Origin: Candidatus Zixiibacteriota bacterium
GTDB lineage: Bacteria > Zixibacteria > MSB-5A5 > CAIYYT01
Length of the DNA: 43,417 nt
Assembly (NCBI GenBank): GCA_040235515.1
Contig: JBECKX010000134.1
Location: 1 to 43,417 of the forward strand
Direction of reading: 5' to 3'
The notes under the pieces were generated by a model that saw nothing but the letters and a program-made list of their open reading frames with translations, was not told the DNA's origin and did not search any database. A program made the translations under genes and the position numbers. Position 1 is the first letter of the stretch; the number at the start of each line of letters is the position of its first letter. Below, in pieces: positions 1-9,863 of the stretch.

Positions 1-3000
1 CGGCGTCACCGATCGAGATCGCGCCTGAACCGTCGGCATCACCGAGGCAAAGCGGATTCGGAGCTGCGCCACCACCAAAGATGTAGTTGATGATGAACAC
101 GGCGTCACCGATCGAGAAGGCACCGGAACCGTCGGCATCACCGCAGTTACAGGCCGAGCAGAAGTCGAAGTCGTCTGCCAGGTTATTGGTACAGACGAAG
201 TCCTTCGCGGTCTCAAGAGTAGCGAGAACGTCGGAAGCATTGATGCCACCATCATCTTCAGCAGCGAGGATGACGATCAGCTTCAGCGTATCGTTCGCGC
301 CAACTGAGGCGGCACGATGGGTGATGACGAGTGCGGAGAGGTCCTCGTCGGTGGAGTCAGAAGCCTGGAATACACCATTGGCAAGCTGACCGCCTGAGTT
401 GTTCAACCAGTTCCAGAGGGTATCGTTTTCGAAACCGCTCTCAGGATAGATGTAGGTCGGGTTGTCGAAGACCTTACCAGCCAGAGCGCCGGCACCGTCG
501 CTGTAAGCGGCGATCGCGGCCCAGCGGGTATCCTGAGTGTAGCTACCACGCTGTACGAGAGCGAAGTCGCCAGCACTGACGCTGGAGTTGTTGTCGGAAC
601 CGGTATCTGACGGGACATCCCAGTCAGCATAGTAACCAACGTTCAGGTTGTTAACGGTACCTGAGAAGTTGTCACCGGCGTAGATGTCGAAACGGAGAAC
701 GAAGAACTCAGCGTTGTTGTCGCCCGGAAGCTTGTTGGCCCAATAAGTACAATTGAACTCAAGCGTGGTGTCGCGGTTGACACCCTTACCGGAGGCGACA
801 CGATAGTTAGCAAACGTGGTTGAGTCGTAAGCAGTGCTGCAGTCCTTGGCCCACAGGAATCCGAACGGATTGCTGACGGTCGGCAGATTGGTGTTGCCAC
901 CGCCACCGAAGGTCGAGTAGGTAAGGTTGGCAGCTGAGTTACCCAGAACCAGGAAGCCGTCGAACAGGTAGTCTGCTGAGTCGGCGAAGTAGGTGAATGA
1001 GCTACCGCCAACAGAGTTAGCAACCTCTGAGGCCTGGTTGACAGCGAGACGGACAAGACCGGTACGAATCAGCTGATCTTCCGGCAAGCAGAAGGTGCTG
1101 AAGTTGTACAGATCGACCGGGATCTGCAGGGTAGTCGGGGCTGCGAGGCTACCATCATCATACGGCAGTTCGATCACAGCCTGATAGAGACCTTCCGTAG
1201 CCGGACCGGTACAGGTGAAGGTCAGGGTATTGGAGTTGGTGAAGCCAACCGGAACGTTGAGAGTTCCACCGCTGGTGATGTTCAACCAGCCCGAACCTGA
1301 CATGTAGTTCACGTTGACGTTCGGGTTGACGGCAGTGTTACCACTGTTGGTCACCACGACATTCTGAGTAGCCGTAGAGACGGTCGGCTGGGTGTTGAAC
1401 GGATAGCTGAACTCAGACGGATTGGCGGAGAGGCTCACGAAGGTCTGCATGTTGTAGCAGGCGAGCGCGAGGTTCTTCACCGGGCTGCTGGTCGCGGCAC
1501 CGTTGGTATTAACGCTGACGCCAGCGTCCTTATCCTCGAGGTAGGCGATGCGCAGAGAGTCTGTCGCATAGCGAACCGAACCCAGGCTGATTTCGTTGAA
1601 ACATGCGCCAGCGACGCAGTTGTTCGAAGTGGTCTGGGTTACGTTGAGTTCGTTACCCCAGGTCAAACCGCCGGTCGATGAGGCGCGAACGCTGATTTCC
1701 AGGTTCGTCCAGGCATCGTCAGAGCAGTCAAGCGTAGCTGTGGTGCCATCGATACCAGAGTATGATCTGTTGTAGACGGCATACAGGTTGTTGGTGCTTG
1801 AGCACTCGGTGAGGTTGACCTTGGATGAGTTTCTGTAAGCAACACCGCCGATACCGCTGCTGCAACCGCCCTGGTTGCTGGCGTCGGAGATAACGGTCAC
1901 GCCGGCCGGGTTACAGTCGGTCCAGTGGTAGATCTTGCTCGGGAAGATGAGGATGTAACCACCATCACCGAACACACCACCGGAAGTACCGGTATCTGAC
2001 CAGGTTGACACGAAGGCGACATGGAGACAGCCGTCGGTCGTGTAGAGACCGGTGGTCTCCCAGGCGCGCTCGAAGAAAGCGTCACCATCGGTTTGAAGGA
2101 TGGTGTTGGTGCTGTCATCCGAGAACGAATAGACAAGCTGCTGGGTTGACCAGGTGTTACCATTGTCGTTCGACTCGATGTAGACGACATCGTCGTTGGC
2201 GAACAGGGTGTCGGTATAGACACGCGGCTTGCCGTAGATGATGGCGACATCATCCGAATTCGGGTCCTGAACGGCGCAACCGGAGATCAACGAAACGGAG
2301 TCGATCACGATAGCGTCAGTCACACCCGGGTTCGGTGAGTTGGTGGTCGAGCGGTAGTAAACCATGGTCTGGTAACCGGAGGCGTCACCGGTGTTCGGTG
2401 ATTCATGGGCTACGATATGAGCAACATAGCCACCGCCGGTGTTGTCCATGGCCATCGACGGCCAAATATACGGGCCTTCGGAAGGACCCGAGACATAACC
2501 GAGGTTGTTGGTGGAAGGATAGGTGGCGGCAGTGTAGGAAGCTACGCCGCAACCAAGGTCTTCACCAGCCTGGGTACCGCCGGCAGACACCACGTGCCAG
2601 GCACCGAAACCGGTGCCGCCCGGAGTGGCGTTCTCAGACGGGAAACCGCCGCCGGTCGCCGAAGCGTTACCGGTGGTCGGGAATCCGCCGCTGCCAGGAG
2701 GATATGAATAAGCGCCTACGAAACGTGACGCGGCCGGCTGCAGGTCCATGTAGAGACCATGAACGGTCTCGGTACCCGAGCAGTCACCGATGTCGATCGT
2801 CGTCGGCAGGGTGTTATTGGCACTCAGGTCGTACTGGCTGGTCTTACCAATGTTGGTAACCGAACCAATGACGTTGAATCCAACCGAAGAGTTGTGATAG
2901 GTCTGCGACGGCTTCGGTGTGGTAGGATCCACTTGAGAGTAAGGATCGTTCGGACCACCGACAGCAGCGCCGAGAGCTCTGGCTTCCAGGGCCATTGTAC

Positions 3001-3112
3001 CCGTGACGACTCTACCATGATTTGTGGCGGCTGTGGCACCAAATACCTGGGCGCCGACCATGGCTGTCACGAAAAGCGCAATAATAACTAGAACCGAGAA
3101 TTTTCTCGTCAT
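1..3112 (-). CDS. Large secreted/surface protein with Asp-box (BNR) motifs and C-terminal type I dockerin-like repeats; 3' end outside window (>1037 aa)
   Basis: Manually translated. ATG at 3112 follows AAAGGAG and gives the signal peptide MTRKFSVLVIIALFVTAMVGAQVFG. Asp-boxes SNDNGNTW (~2150-2173) and SSTGGLTW (~1658-1682). The C-terminal part, in frame at position 2, reads CGDADGSGAFSIGDAVFIINYIFGGGAAPNPLCLGDADGSGAISIGDA. The ORF track shows no ORF in this frame, consistent with no stop inside the window. Confidence 0.9.
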   Translation of the reverse strand, partial: MTRKFSVLVIIALFVTAMVGAQVFGATAATNHGRVVTGTMALEARALGAAVGGPNDPYSQVDPTTPKPSQTYHNSSVGFNVIGSVTNIGKTSQYDLSANNTLPTTIDIGDCSGTETVHGLYMDLQPAASRFVGAYSYPPGSGGFPTTGNASATGGGFPSENATPGGTGFGAWHVVSAGGTQAGEDLGCGVASYTAATYPSTNNLGYVSGPSEGPYIWPSMAMDNTGGGYVAHIVAHESPNTGDASGYQTMVYYRSTTNSPNPGVTDAIVIDSVSLISGCAVQDPNSDDVAIIYGKPRVYTDTLFANDDVVYIESNDNGNTWSTQQLVYSFSDDSTNTILQTDGDAFFERAWETTGLYTTDGCLHVAFVSTWSDTGTSGGVFGDGGYILIFPSKIYHWTDCNPAGVTVISDASNQGGCSSGIGGVAYRNSSKVNLTECSSTNNLYAVYNRSYSGIDGTTATLDCSDDAWTNLEISVRASSTGGLTWGNELNVTQTTSNNCVAGACFNEISLGSVRYATDSLRIAYLEDKDAGVSVNTNGAATSSPVKNLALACYNMQTFVSLSANPSEFSYPFNTQPTVSTATQNVVVTNSGNTAVNPNVNVNYMSGSGWLNITSGGTLNVPVGFTNSNTLTFTCTGPATEGLYQAVIELPYDDGSLAAPTTLQIPVDLYNFSTFCLPEDQLIRTGLVRLAVNQASEVANSVGGSSFTYFADSADYLFDGFLVLGNSAANLTYSTFGGGGNTNLPTVSNPFGFLWAKDCSTAYDSTTFANYRVASGKGVNRDTTLEFNCTYWANKLPGDNNAEFFVLRFDIYAGDNFSGTVNNLNVGYYADWDVPSDTGSDNNSSVSAGDFALVQRGSYTQDTRWAAIAAYSDGAGALAGKVFDNPTYIYPESGFENDTLWNWLNNSGGQLANGVFQASDSTDEDLSALVITHRAASVGANDTLKLIVILAAEDDGGINASDVLATLETAKDFVCTNNLADDFDFCSACNCGDADGSGAFSIGDAVFIINYIFGGGAAPNPLCLGDADGSGAISIGDA

Positions 3113-3457
3113 TCTGTCTGCTCCTTTCAGAGTGAAAAAACGTTGCAGTAAATCCAAACCGTGTCGTTAGGTATAAATCGGGGTTATACTTTGCTGTCTG
3201 CCTATCACCTCCTCGCAACAGCGATTCATATAAGCGATGTTGAAGCTGTTAGTGTGTTGTTGTTGTTCTGGCTGCTTAAACAAGTCATTTACTGTAATAC
3301 TTGCTAACCTAACTCTAATAGCGTTCCGCTGTTGTTGTTAGCTGCTCCACTCTGCAACAACAGAGTCTCGAATGCTACCACGTCAATTGGTGAGGTAGAA
3401 GGCAACTGACAAGGACATTCAAAAAGCTAGAGTAAAACGGATAGTAATTCTGCGAAA

Positions 3458-3486
3458 AATATAGCGATAATCGCTTGGGGTCGCAA
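3458..3486 (-). promoter_or_regulatory. Sigma70-type promoter for the dockerin protein gene
   Basis: Minus strand TTGCGA-17 nt-TATATT, implying a ~340-nt 5' leader. Confidence 0.55.
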
Positions 3487-3942
3487 GTCTTATCTTCAAA
3501 AAACGATAGTGATTTTCGCCCACTTCACCCCGCCGGGAGCTGACGCCGGGGCGCGGAAAATCCACGCCGGGGGCATGGTCCGGGGAAGGGGTTCAGTCGG
3601 GAAATCAAACTCGGACTAAGTCGCTCGAAATTGCCGGGAATCGGTCGCAAAATGGTGAGAGTTTGATGCTACGCACAGACTTCGGAGAGAAACAGGCTTG
3701 AGAGTCGGGGTTTGAGCGAATGTTCTAGATGCGAGCCGAATCGCCTCGATTTTGCCCATTCCGGCGACCCCGGGCCGGCAGCCGGGCGACGCGACAGGCT
3801 GAAGAATCCCCGACCTGACGGAACTTATTGCCATCCTCTACCTTGTTGGTCGACATTTGCGGGCTGCTGAGATCAGCGGTCAGCAGACCTGATGGCCGGG
3901 AGAGTGCTCCCGGAGCGGTCCTAATGCTACCTAAGTGGTACT

Positions 3943-3959
3943 CTAACAGAAAATTAACC
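3943..3959 (+). promoter_or_regulatory. Putative Pho box upstream of phoB
   Basis: CTAACA-gaaaa-TTAACC, an 11-bp period direct repeat matching those upstream of the porin. Confidence 0.6.
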
Positions 3960-4044
3960 GTTGCGGCGGTGGATTTTCTTTACCTGTACAAGCGAATCGC
4001 TTATTCTCCTGCAGGAATCAGACTTGAGGGCAGGATGGAGGAAA

Positions 4045-4731
4045 ATGGCAAAAGAGAGCATACTGGTCATTGAAGATGAAGATGACATTCAGGAGCTACT
4101 GAAGTTCAATCTGAGCAAAGAGGGGTACCGCGTCAGCACGGCGCTGACGGGCGAGGATGGACTCAAGGGAGCCAAAGATGCTCAACCTGACCTGATTTTG
4201 CTCGATCTGATGCTTCCCGGCGTCGATGGTCTGGAAGTTTGCAAGATGCTCAAGCATGATTCGAAGACCCAGCATATTCCGATCGTGATGTTGACCGCCA
4301 AGGGGGAGGAGTCCGACGTGGTATCGGGGCTTGAACTGGGTGCGGACGATTACATCACGAAGCCGTTCAGCCCCAAGATTTTGATAGCGAGAATCCGCAG
4401 CATTTTACGTCGGCGCTCCCGCGAGCATACTCGGGCAGACAGCACGGTACAGATTCATGATTTGGTGATTCATCCGGGACGCCACGAGGTATCGCTTGAC
4501 GGAAAGCAGATCGACCTTACCTTGACGGAGTTTCAGATACTGCAGTTTCTGGCGCGGCATCCCGGCTGGGTATTCACACGCTATCAGATCGTGAATGAGA
4601 TCCGGGGGGATGAGACGATTGTGACCGACCGTTCGGTGGACGTGCAGATCGTAGGATTGCGCAAGAAGCTGGGCCACGCCGGCAAGTATATTGAAACGGT
4701 GCGTGGAGTCGGTTACAAATTCAAGGAGTGA
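4045..4731 (+). CDS. phoB: OmpR/PhoB-family response regulator (phosphate regulon)
   Basis: Receiver (ILVIEDE, LLDLMLP, DDYITKPF) plus winged helix (IETVRGVGYKF). ATG 4045 follows GGAGG. Context phoR/pst. Confidence 0.9.
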   Translation: MAKESILVIEDEDDIQELLKFNLSKEGYRVSTALTGEDGLKGAKDAQPDLILLDLMLPGVDGLEVCKMLKHDSKTQHIPIVMLTAKGEESDVVSGLELGADDYITKPFSPKILIARIRSILRRRSREHTRADSTVQIHDLVIHPGRHEVSLDGKQIDLTLTEFQILQFLARHPGWVFTRYQIVNEIRGDETIVTDRSVDVQIVGLRKKLGHAGKYIETVRGVGYKFKE

Positions 4732-6509
4732 GATTGCGCCGTAAGCGTCTTCTCTGGCAGATATACCCATCCTACCTGTTTATCACTGCCATTACTCTGG
4801 TTGCTGTTAGCTGGTACGCCTTCAATTCCCTGACTTCATATTTCCAGGAACAACTTGACGCAAGCCTGCAGGCGGAAGCGAATCTGGTTGCGCAGCTGAT
4901 CCAGTTGCATCTCGGTGAGGATGAGCGCGACGAATTGCTGCAGCAGTTGCGGGCTGCGGGGGAGTCGAGCGGAGCACAGATAGATGTTATCGCGCCGGGC
5001 GGGCACGTGATCGCCGATTCGCGCCCGACGCTGGTGTCTAACGAGAATCAGTTGAGTTACCCGGAGATCGCGCGCGCACTGCGCGGGGAGGTGGGGAGTA
5101 ACAGCTTCAAACTCGCCAACGATGGTGGATTGGTGCAGGTTGTCGCGGTGCCGGTGCTGCGGGATGGTGAAGTGGTGGCCGCCGTGAGGGTGGCACGCCC
5201 CGCCAGAGCTCTTGCCGCAGCGAGGGAGCATTTGTTCCTCTGGCTGGCGCTGATTGCGCTGGTGATGATTGTGCTCGCGGTGGTAGTGAGTTCGGTGATC
5301 GCCAAGCGGATTGCCCGCCCGCTGAGGGAGTTGAAGCACTCCGCCGAGGCGATCGCGCAGGGTAACCTGGAGAGCAGAGTTCCGCTGCATGAATACGAGG
5401 AGGTTTCGGGGCTGGCCAATTCGATGAACCGGATGGCGCAGCAGTTGACCGAGCGGTTTCGAACGGTGCAGCAGCAACGGCTCGAGCAGGAGACAATCGT
5501 CTCCAGCATGGTGGAGGGGGTTGTGGCGATCGACAGGCACCACAAGGTCCTGAGCATGAACAAAGCCGCCGCGCACATGCTGAACCTGAAGCCGGCCGAG
5601 ATTCTTGGCCGGGAGATCATCGAAGTGATTCGTAACACCGACCTGCAGCGGTTCATCACGCAGGCACTGGAAGCCGGCGAGCCACTGGAGGGGGATGTGA
5701 CACTGGTGGTCGATCAGGAGGAGTTGTTCGTGCAGGTGCATGGCACGCAGTTGCGCAATCCGGATGGGGAGATGTTCGGAGCTTTGATCGTGCTGAATGA
5801 TATCACGAGGTTGAGAAAGCTGGAGAATGTGCGGCGCGACTTTGTGGCAAACGTCTCGCACGAGTTGAAAACACCGATTACGTCTATCAAGGGGTTCGTC
5901 GAGACGTTGATCGATACGGCGGATCTCGATTCGGAGGAGGCGAAGCGTTTCCTGCAGATCATCAGCCGCCAGGCCAATCGCCTGCACGCTATCATCGAGG
6001 ACTTGCTGAAGCTGTCGCGCATCGAGCAGGGAATCGACCGCGGTGAGATTGAACTGGAGGTGCGCAAGATCAAGCCGGTCTTGAGTGCGGCGATTCATGC
6101 GTGCGAACCGCACGTGAGCGCGCGGAATATGAAAGTACAGCTACTCTGCGACGCCGAGCTTCGGGCCAGAATCAACGCGCCGCTGCTTGAGCAGGCGATC
6201 GTCAATCTGGTCGACAATGCCGCCAAATATGGAACCGAGGGACAGGTTATTACGATTGCGGCGGAAGTGAGTGATGATCTGGCGATCATTTCGGTGGCGG
6301 ACCAGGGACCCGGAATCGAGAAGGAGCACCTGCCGAGGTTATTCGAAAGATTTTACCGGGTCGATCGGGCTCGCAGCTCCTCGCAGGGTGGCACCGGATT
6401 AGGTTTGGCGATTGTTAAGCATATTACGATTTCACACGGTGGCGCGATTTCTGTTGAGAGCGAGTTAGGGAAGGGGACTCGGTTTTTGCTCAAACTCGCA
6501 CGGCGATAG
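4728..6509 (+). CDS. phoR: Phosphate regulon sensor histidine kinase (HAMP-PAS-HisKA-HATPase)
   Basis: FVANVSHELKTP H-box, NLVDNAAKY, DQGPGI, RFYRVDRARS, GGTGLGLAIVKH; two TM segments; GTGA overlap with phoB stop. Confidence 0.9.
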   Translation: MRLRRKRLLWQIYPSYLFITAITLVAVSWYAFNSLTSYFQEQLDASLQAEANLVAQLIQLHLGEDERDELLQQLRAAGESSGAQIDVIAPGGHVIADSRPTLVSNENQLSYPEIARALRGEVGSNSFKLANDGGLVQVVAVPVLRDGEVVAAVRVARPARALAAAREHLFLWLALIALVMIVLAVVVSSVIAKRIARPLRELKHSAEAIAQGNLESRVPLHEYEEVSGLANSMNRMAQQLTERFRTVQQQRLEQETIVSSMVEGVVAIDRHHKVLSMNKAAAHMLNLKPAEILGREIIEVIRNTDLQRFITQALEAGEPLEGDVTLVVDQEELFVQVHGTQLRNPDGEMFGALIVLNDITRLRKLENVRRDFVANVSHELKTPITSIKGFVETLIDTADLDSEEAKRFLQIISRQANRLHAIIEDLLKLSRIEQGIDRGEIELEVRKIKPVLSAAIHACEPHVSARNMKVQLLCDAELRARINAPLLEQAIVNLVDNAAKYGTEGQVITIAAEVSDDLAIISVADQGPGIEKEHLPRLFERFYRVDRARSSSQGGTGLGLAIVKHITISHGGAISVESELGKGTRFLLKLARR

Positions 6510-6543
6510 GTGTAACGTGTTGCGGAAAAGGTGGTTGTGGAGA

Positions 6544-6601
6544 TTAACAGAAGACTAACAAAATCACTCAAATCAAATTCCGCGCTAACACAATCCTAAC
6601 A
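6544..6601 (+). promoter_or_regulatory. Two tandem putative Pho boxes upstream of porin-pst operon
   Basis: TTAACA(6544)-N5-CTAACA(6555) and CTAACA(6585)-N5-CTAACA(6596); each pair has an 11-bp period. Confidence 0.75.
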
Positions 6602-6665
6602 TAGCAATTGCTTTATTGGGCTGACCGAGGGGAAGTTTGTTCTTTTACAATTTATTGGAGGGAGA

Positions 6666-7799
6666 ATGGTAAGGGCACTGAGGGGAATTTCATGTCCACT
6701 ACTGGTTCTCATCTTCCTCATCTTCAACGCGAAGGTAAGCACTGCGTCTGCCGCCAACTGGTGGGAAAGTGTGTCGTTGAAGGGAGACTTTCGTTTCAGG
6801 CACGAAATGATCGACGAGGAAGGTAAGGACGCTCGCCACAGAGAGCGCATTCGCGCGCGGATGGCGGTTGAGGGGGATGTTGCTCCGGGAATCGGAGTTA
6901 CAATTCAGCTCGCAACGGGTTCAAGCGATCCGATTTCTACAAATCAGACGCTTGGCGATGCGGGCAGCACCAAGTCAATCGGGCTTGATCTGGCTTATGC
7001 AAAAGTATCGCATGAGAAGTTGCCGGGGGTCAGTTTGATGGCCGGCAAGATGAAGAACCCGCTCTACAAGCCGGGCGGTACCGAATTGATCTGGGATGGC
7101 GATTGGAATCCGGAAGGGGGAGCCGTTGAGGTGAAGCGCGGCGTCGACAACTTCACATTTGAAGGCAATGCCGGTGCGTTCTGGATCGAGGAGCGATCTT
7201 CGACCGACGATTCCTGGCTGGCGGCGATCCAGGGGTTGGCCTCGGCGAAGCTGGGAGAAGGCAAGTCGGTGGTGACCGTTGGTGGCAGCTATTTCGACTT
7301 TGTCAATGCGCATTTCTTTGATCCGTTCTCGGATCCGACGGATCCGATGGGCAACTCAGTAGTAGAAGCTGAGGATGATGGAGAGACTTTCATTTACTAC
7401 GCCAACAAATTCCAGTTGGTGGAGTTGTTCGCAGAGGCATCGCATAAGTTCGAGGATGTCCCTGTGACGCTATTGTTCGACTTCGTAACCAACACTTCCG
7501 CCGACAGTTTGAACACCGGCTGGCTTGTGGGGATTGGCGCGGGAAAGCTGAAGAACCCGGGAAGCTGGCAATTGAGCTACTCCTATCGTGAGCTGGAGAA
7601 GGATGCTGTCGTGGGAGCGTTCGTAGACTCCGACTTCGGCGGCGGTGGAACTGATTCGAAGGGGCATGAGTTTGGCGGCGGGATTCAGTTGGCCCGGAAT
7701 ACTGCGCTGCAGCTCTCCTATTTTCTCAACAAGTTGGGATTGCAGGGTGACGGCGTCGACTATTCTCGTCTGATGATCGATGTGCAGTTCAAGTTCTGA
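6666..7799 (+). CDS. Putative outer-membrane porin, probably phosphate-starvation induced
   Basis: Signal peptide; LKGDFRFRHE..RHRERIRAR, ATGSSDPISTNQTL, LIWDGDWNPEG, DSDFGGGGTD; ends VQFKF (beta-signal). Lies between phoR and pstS. Confidence 0.8.
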   Translation: MVRALRGISCPLLVLIFLIFNAKVSTASAANWWESVSLKGDFRFRHEMIDEEGKDARHRERIRARMAVEGDVAPGIGVTIQLATGSSDPISTNQTLGDAGSTKSIGLDLAYAKVSHEKLPGVSLMAGKMKNPLYKPGGTELIWDGDWNPEGGAVEVKRGVDNFTFEGNAGAFWIEERSSTDDSWLAAIQGLASAKLGEGKSVVTVGGSYFDFVNAHFFDPFSDPTDPMGNSVVEAEDDGETFIYYANKFQLVELFAEASHKFEDVPVTLLFDFVTNTSADSLNTGWLVGIGAGKLKNPGSWQLSYSYRELEKDAVVGAFVDSDFGGGGTDSKGHEFGGGIQLARNTALQLSYFLNKLGLQGDGVDYSRLMIDVQFKF

Positions 7800-7917
7800 G
7801 GAACGAGGAATATACAGGTGAAGCTGAGGAATCAGCGAGCGCAATGATAAGAACACAGAAATCGAACAAAAGTTTAACAGTAGTGACTAAACTATCAAGT
7901 TTGGGAGAGAGTGAGAG

Positions 7918-8769
7918 ATGAAGAGAATTTTGACGGCAATAGTGATCGCAGCGATGACCGCGGGGACGGTCGTTGCGGGATCGAACATCACGATGAAGGG
8001 TTCCGACACCCTGGTTCGTCTGGGACAGCGCTGGGCGGAAGTCTACATGAAGCAGCACCCTGACATGGTGATTCAGGTTTCGGGTGGTGGTTCCGGTACC
8101 GGAATCGCGGCGTTGCTGAACGGCACGACCGATATCTGCAACGCTTCGCGTGACATGAAGGAGAAGGAATACAAGCTTGCCGAGCGCAACAACATGGATG
8201 TAAAGCGTTTCTCGGTGGCTCTGGATGGAATCGCGGTGTTCCTGAACGAGAACAACCCCGTTACAGACTTGACGATCGCGCAGTTGAAGGATATCTACAC
8301 CGGTAAGACCACGAACTGGAAAGACGTGGGCGGCAGCGATGCGATGATCATCCTTTATGGTCGTGAAAACAACTCGGGCACCTACGCCTACTTCCGCGAG
8401 CATGTGCTTGAGGGAGAGGATTACTCCGAGAAGACTCAGACTTTGCCGGGAACCGCATCTGTCGTAAATGCCGTTACCAAGGATGTTAACGGAATCGGCT
8501 ACGGCGGCATCGCGTGGGCGACTGGTGTGAAGCACGCGGGAGTTAAGGTCAACGATACGACGATGGCGGTCCATCCCACGATGGAAGCCGTTTCCAACGG
8601 CAGCTACCCGATCGCGCGCGAACTTTATTTCTTCACCAATGGTGCGCCGAGTGGTGATCTGAAGGCGTTCATCAACTGGTGCCTCACCGAAGAGGGACAG
8701 AAGGTTGCAGAGGAAACTGATTATGTTCCGCTGCCGCGCGAAATGGCAGAAAAGCAGATGATTAAGTAG
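7918..8769 (+). CDS. pstS: Phosphate ABC transporter substrate-binding protein
   Basis: KGSDT, GGGSGTGIAAL, ASR, GRENNSGTY, YPIARELY motifs; signal peptide. Confidence 0.95.
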   Translation: MKRILTAIVIAAMTAGTVVAGSNITMKGSDTLVRLGQRWAEVYMKQHPDMVIQVSGGGSGTGIAALLNGTTDICNASRDMKEKEYKLAERNNMDVKRFSVALDGIAVFLNENNPVTDLTIAQLKDIYTGKTTNWKDVGGSDAMIILYGRENNSGTYAYFREHVLEGEDYSEKTQTLPGTASVVNAVTKDVNGIGYGGIAWATGVKHAGVKVNDTTMAVHPTMEAVSNGSYPIARELYFFTNGAPSGDLKAFINWCLTEEGQKVAEETDYVPLPREMAEKQMIK

Positions 8770-8821
8770 CGCGCAGCTGAGTATCTTGCGTACTACATTA
8801 GTTCGACGATGCATTTGGGAC

Positions 8822-8847
8822 CTCCCGCAAACTGCGGTTTGCGGGAG
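8822..8847 (+). other. Perfect 11-bp hairpin between pstS and pstC (mRNA-stabilising or attenuating element)
   Basis: CTCCCGCAAAC-TGCG-GTTTGCGGGAG; no U-tract. Confidence 0.65.
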
Positions 8848-8897
8848 CGCGCTCATGATTGGGCGTTATAGAGGGAACCGGCGGAACGAGATATGCG

Positions 8898-9863
8898 ATG
8901 ACGGCAGAGAAATTTGATTTCAAGCCAAAATCGAAACTCAAGGAGTGGCTGGGCGAGAAAGTAATCATGCTCTGCGCGCTCTCCGCATTGGTTTCGATCG
9001 CTCTGATCTTCATATTCATATTCAAGGAATCATCGCCGATCCTGACGGATGAGTTCATCAAGGATGAGGTCACGGTCAGTGAGATGGTTTTTCCGCAGCA
9101 GTGGAAGGCGGACGAGCCGCCGCGCTGGTCATGGCAGCCGACCTCCTCCACCCCGAAGTATTCCCTGTTTCCATTGTTCGTTGGCACGCTCAAAGCTGCG
9201 TTGGTCGCCATGCTGTTCGCGACTCCGCTGGGAGTTGGGGCGGCGATCTACTCCAGCGAGTTCGCGTCGAAACGAATGCGAGAAGTGATCAAGCCGGTGA
9301 TTGAGCTATTGGCAGGAATACCCTCGGTAGTGCTGGGTTTCTTCGCGTTGATCGTCCTGGCCAGCATACTGCAGGATCTCTTTGGGTTGACTTATCGGCT
9401 CAATGCGCTCAATGCCGGGATTGCGCTGGGAATCGCCATTATACCAATCATATTTACGGTGGCCGAGGATGCGATGAGTTCCGTACCCGGCTCACTGCGT
9501 GATGCCGCCCGCGCGCTGGGTGCCAACCCGTGGCAGGTCTCGTTTACGATGGTGTTGCCAGCGGCGATGCCCGGGATTGCGGCGGGAATGGTCCTCGGGT
9601 TCGGTCGTGCGGTTGGCGAGACGATGATTGTCCTGATGGCCTCAGGGAATGCAGCGATCGCTTCGTGGAGCTTTGTTGATTCCATCCGCACATTCTCTGC
9701 GACGATTGCCGCGGAGCTGGCGGAGGTTGTGTTTGGCAGCGCCCACTACAGTGTCTTGTTCTTCATCGGAACGATCCTGTTCATATTTACATTCTTCATC
9801 AACCTCGGTGGTGATGTCGTGCTTTCGCGGCTGCGCACCAGGCTACAGGGTAAGTTGCAGTGA
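8898..9863 (+). CDS. pstC: Phosphate ABC transporter permease
   Basis: IELLAGIPSVVLG, AARALGA, GRAVGETMIVLM. Start placed at ATG 8898. Confidence 0.95.
   Translation: MTAEKFDFKPKSKLKEWLGEKVIMLCALSALVSIALIFIFIFKESSPILTDEFIKDEVTVSEMVFPQQWKADEPPRWSWQPTSSTPKYSLFPLFVGTLKAALVAMLFATPLGVGAAIYSSEFASKRMREVIKPVIELLAGIPSVVLGFFALIVLASILQDLFGLTYRLNALNAGIALGIAIIPIIFTVAEDAMSSVPGSLRDAARALGANPWQVSFTMVLPAAMPGIAAGMVLGFGRAVGETMIVLMASGNAAIASWSFVDSIRTFSATIAAELAEVVFGSAHYSVLFFIGTILFIFTFFINLGGDVVLSRLRTRLQGKLQ

Noticed and set aside
87..3091. Numerous 60-174 aa ORFs in the track over the first 3.1 kb
   Set aside because: They are shadows of the single long minus-strand dockerin protein frame.
3236..3345. Pho boxes on the minus strand controlling the dockerin gene
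   Set aside because: The CTAACA/ACAACA hits lie in low-complexity AAC repeats downstream of the predicted promoter, and the spacing is not convincing.
4836..6113. Long antisense ORFs (425 aa here; also 7789-8856, 17782-18690 and 20633-21568)
   Set aside because: Antisense shadows of well-supported genes in GC-rich DNA, with no protein motifs.
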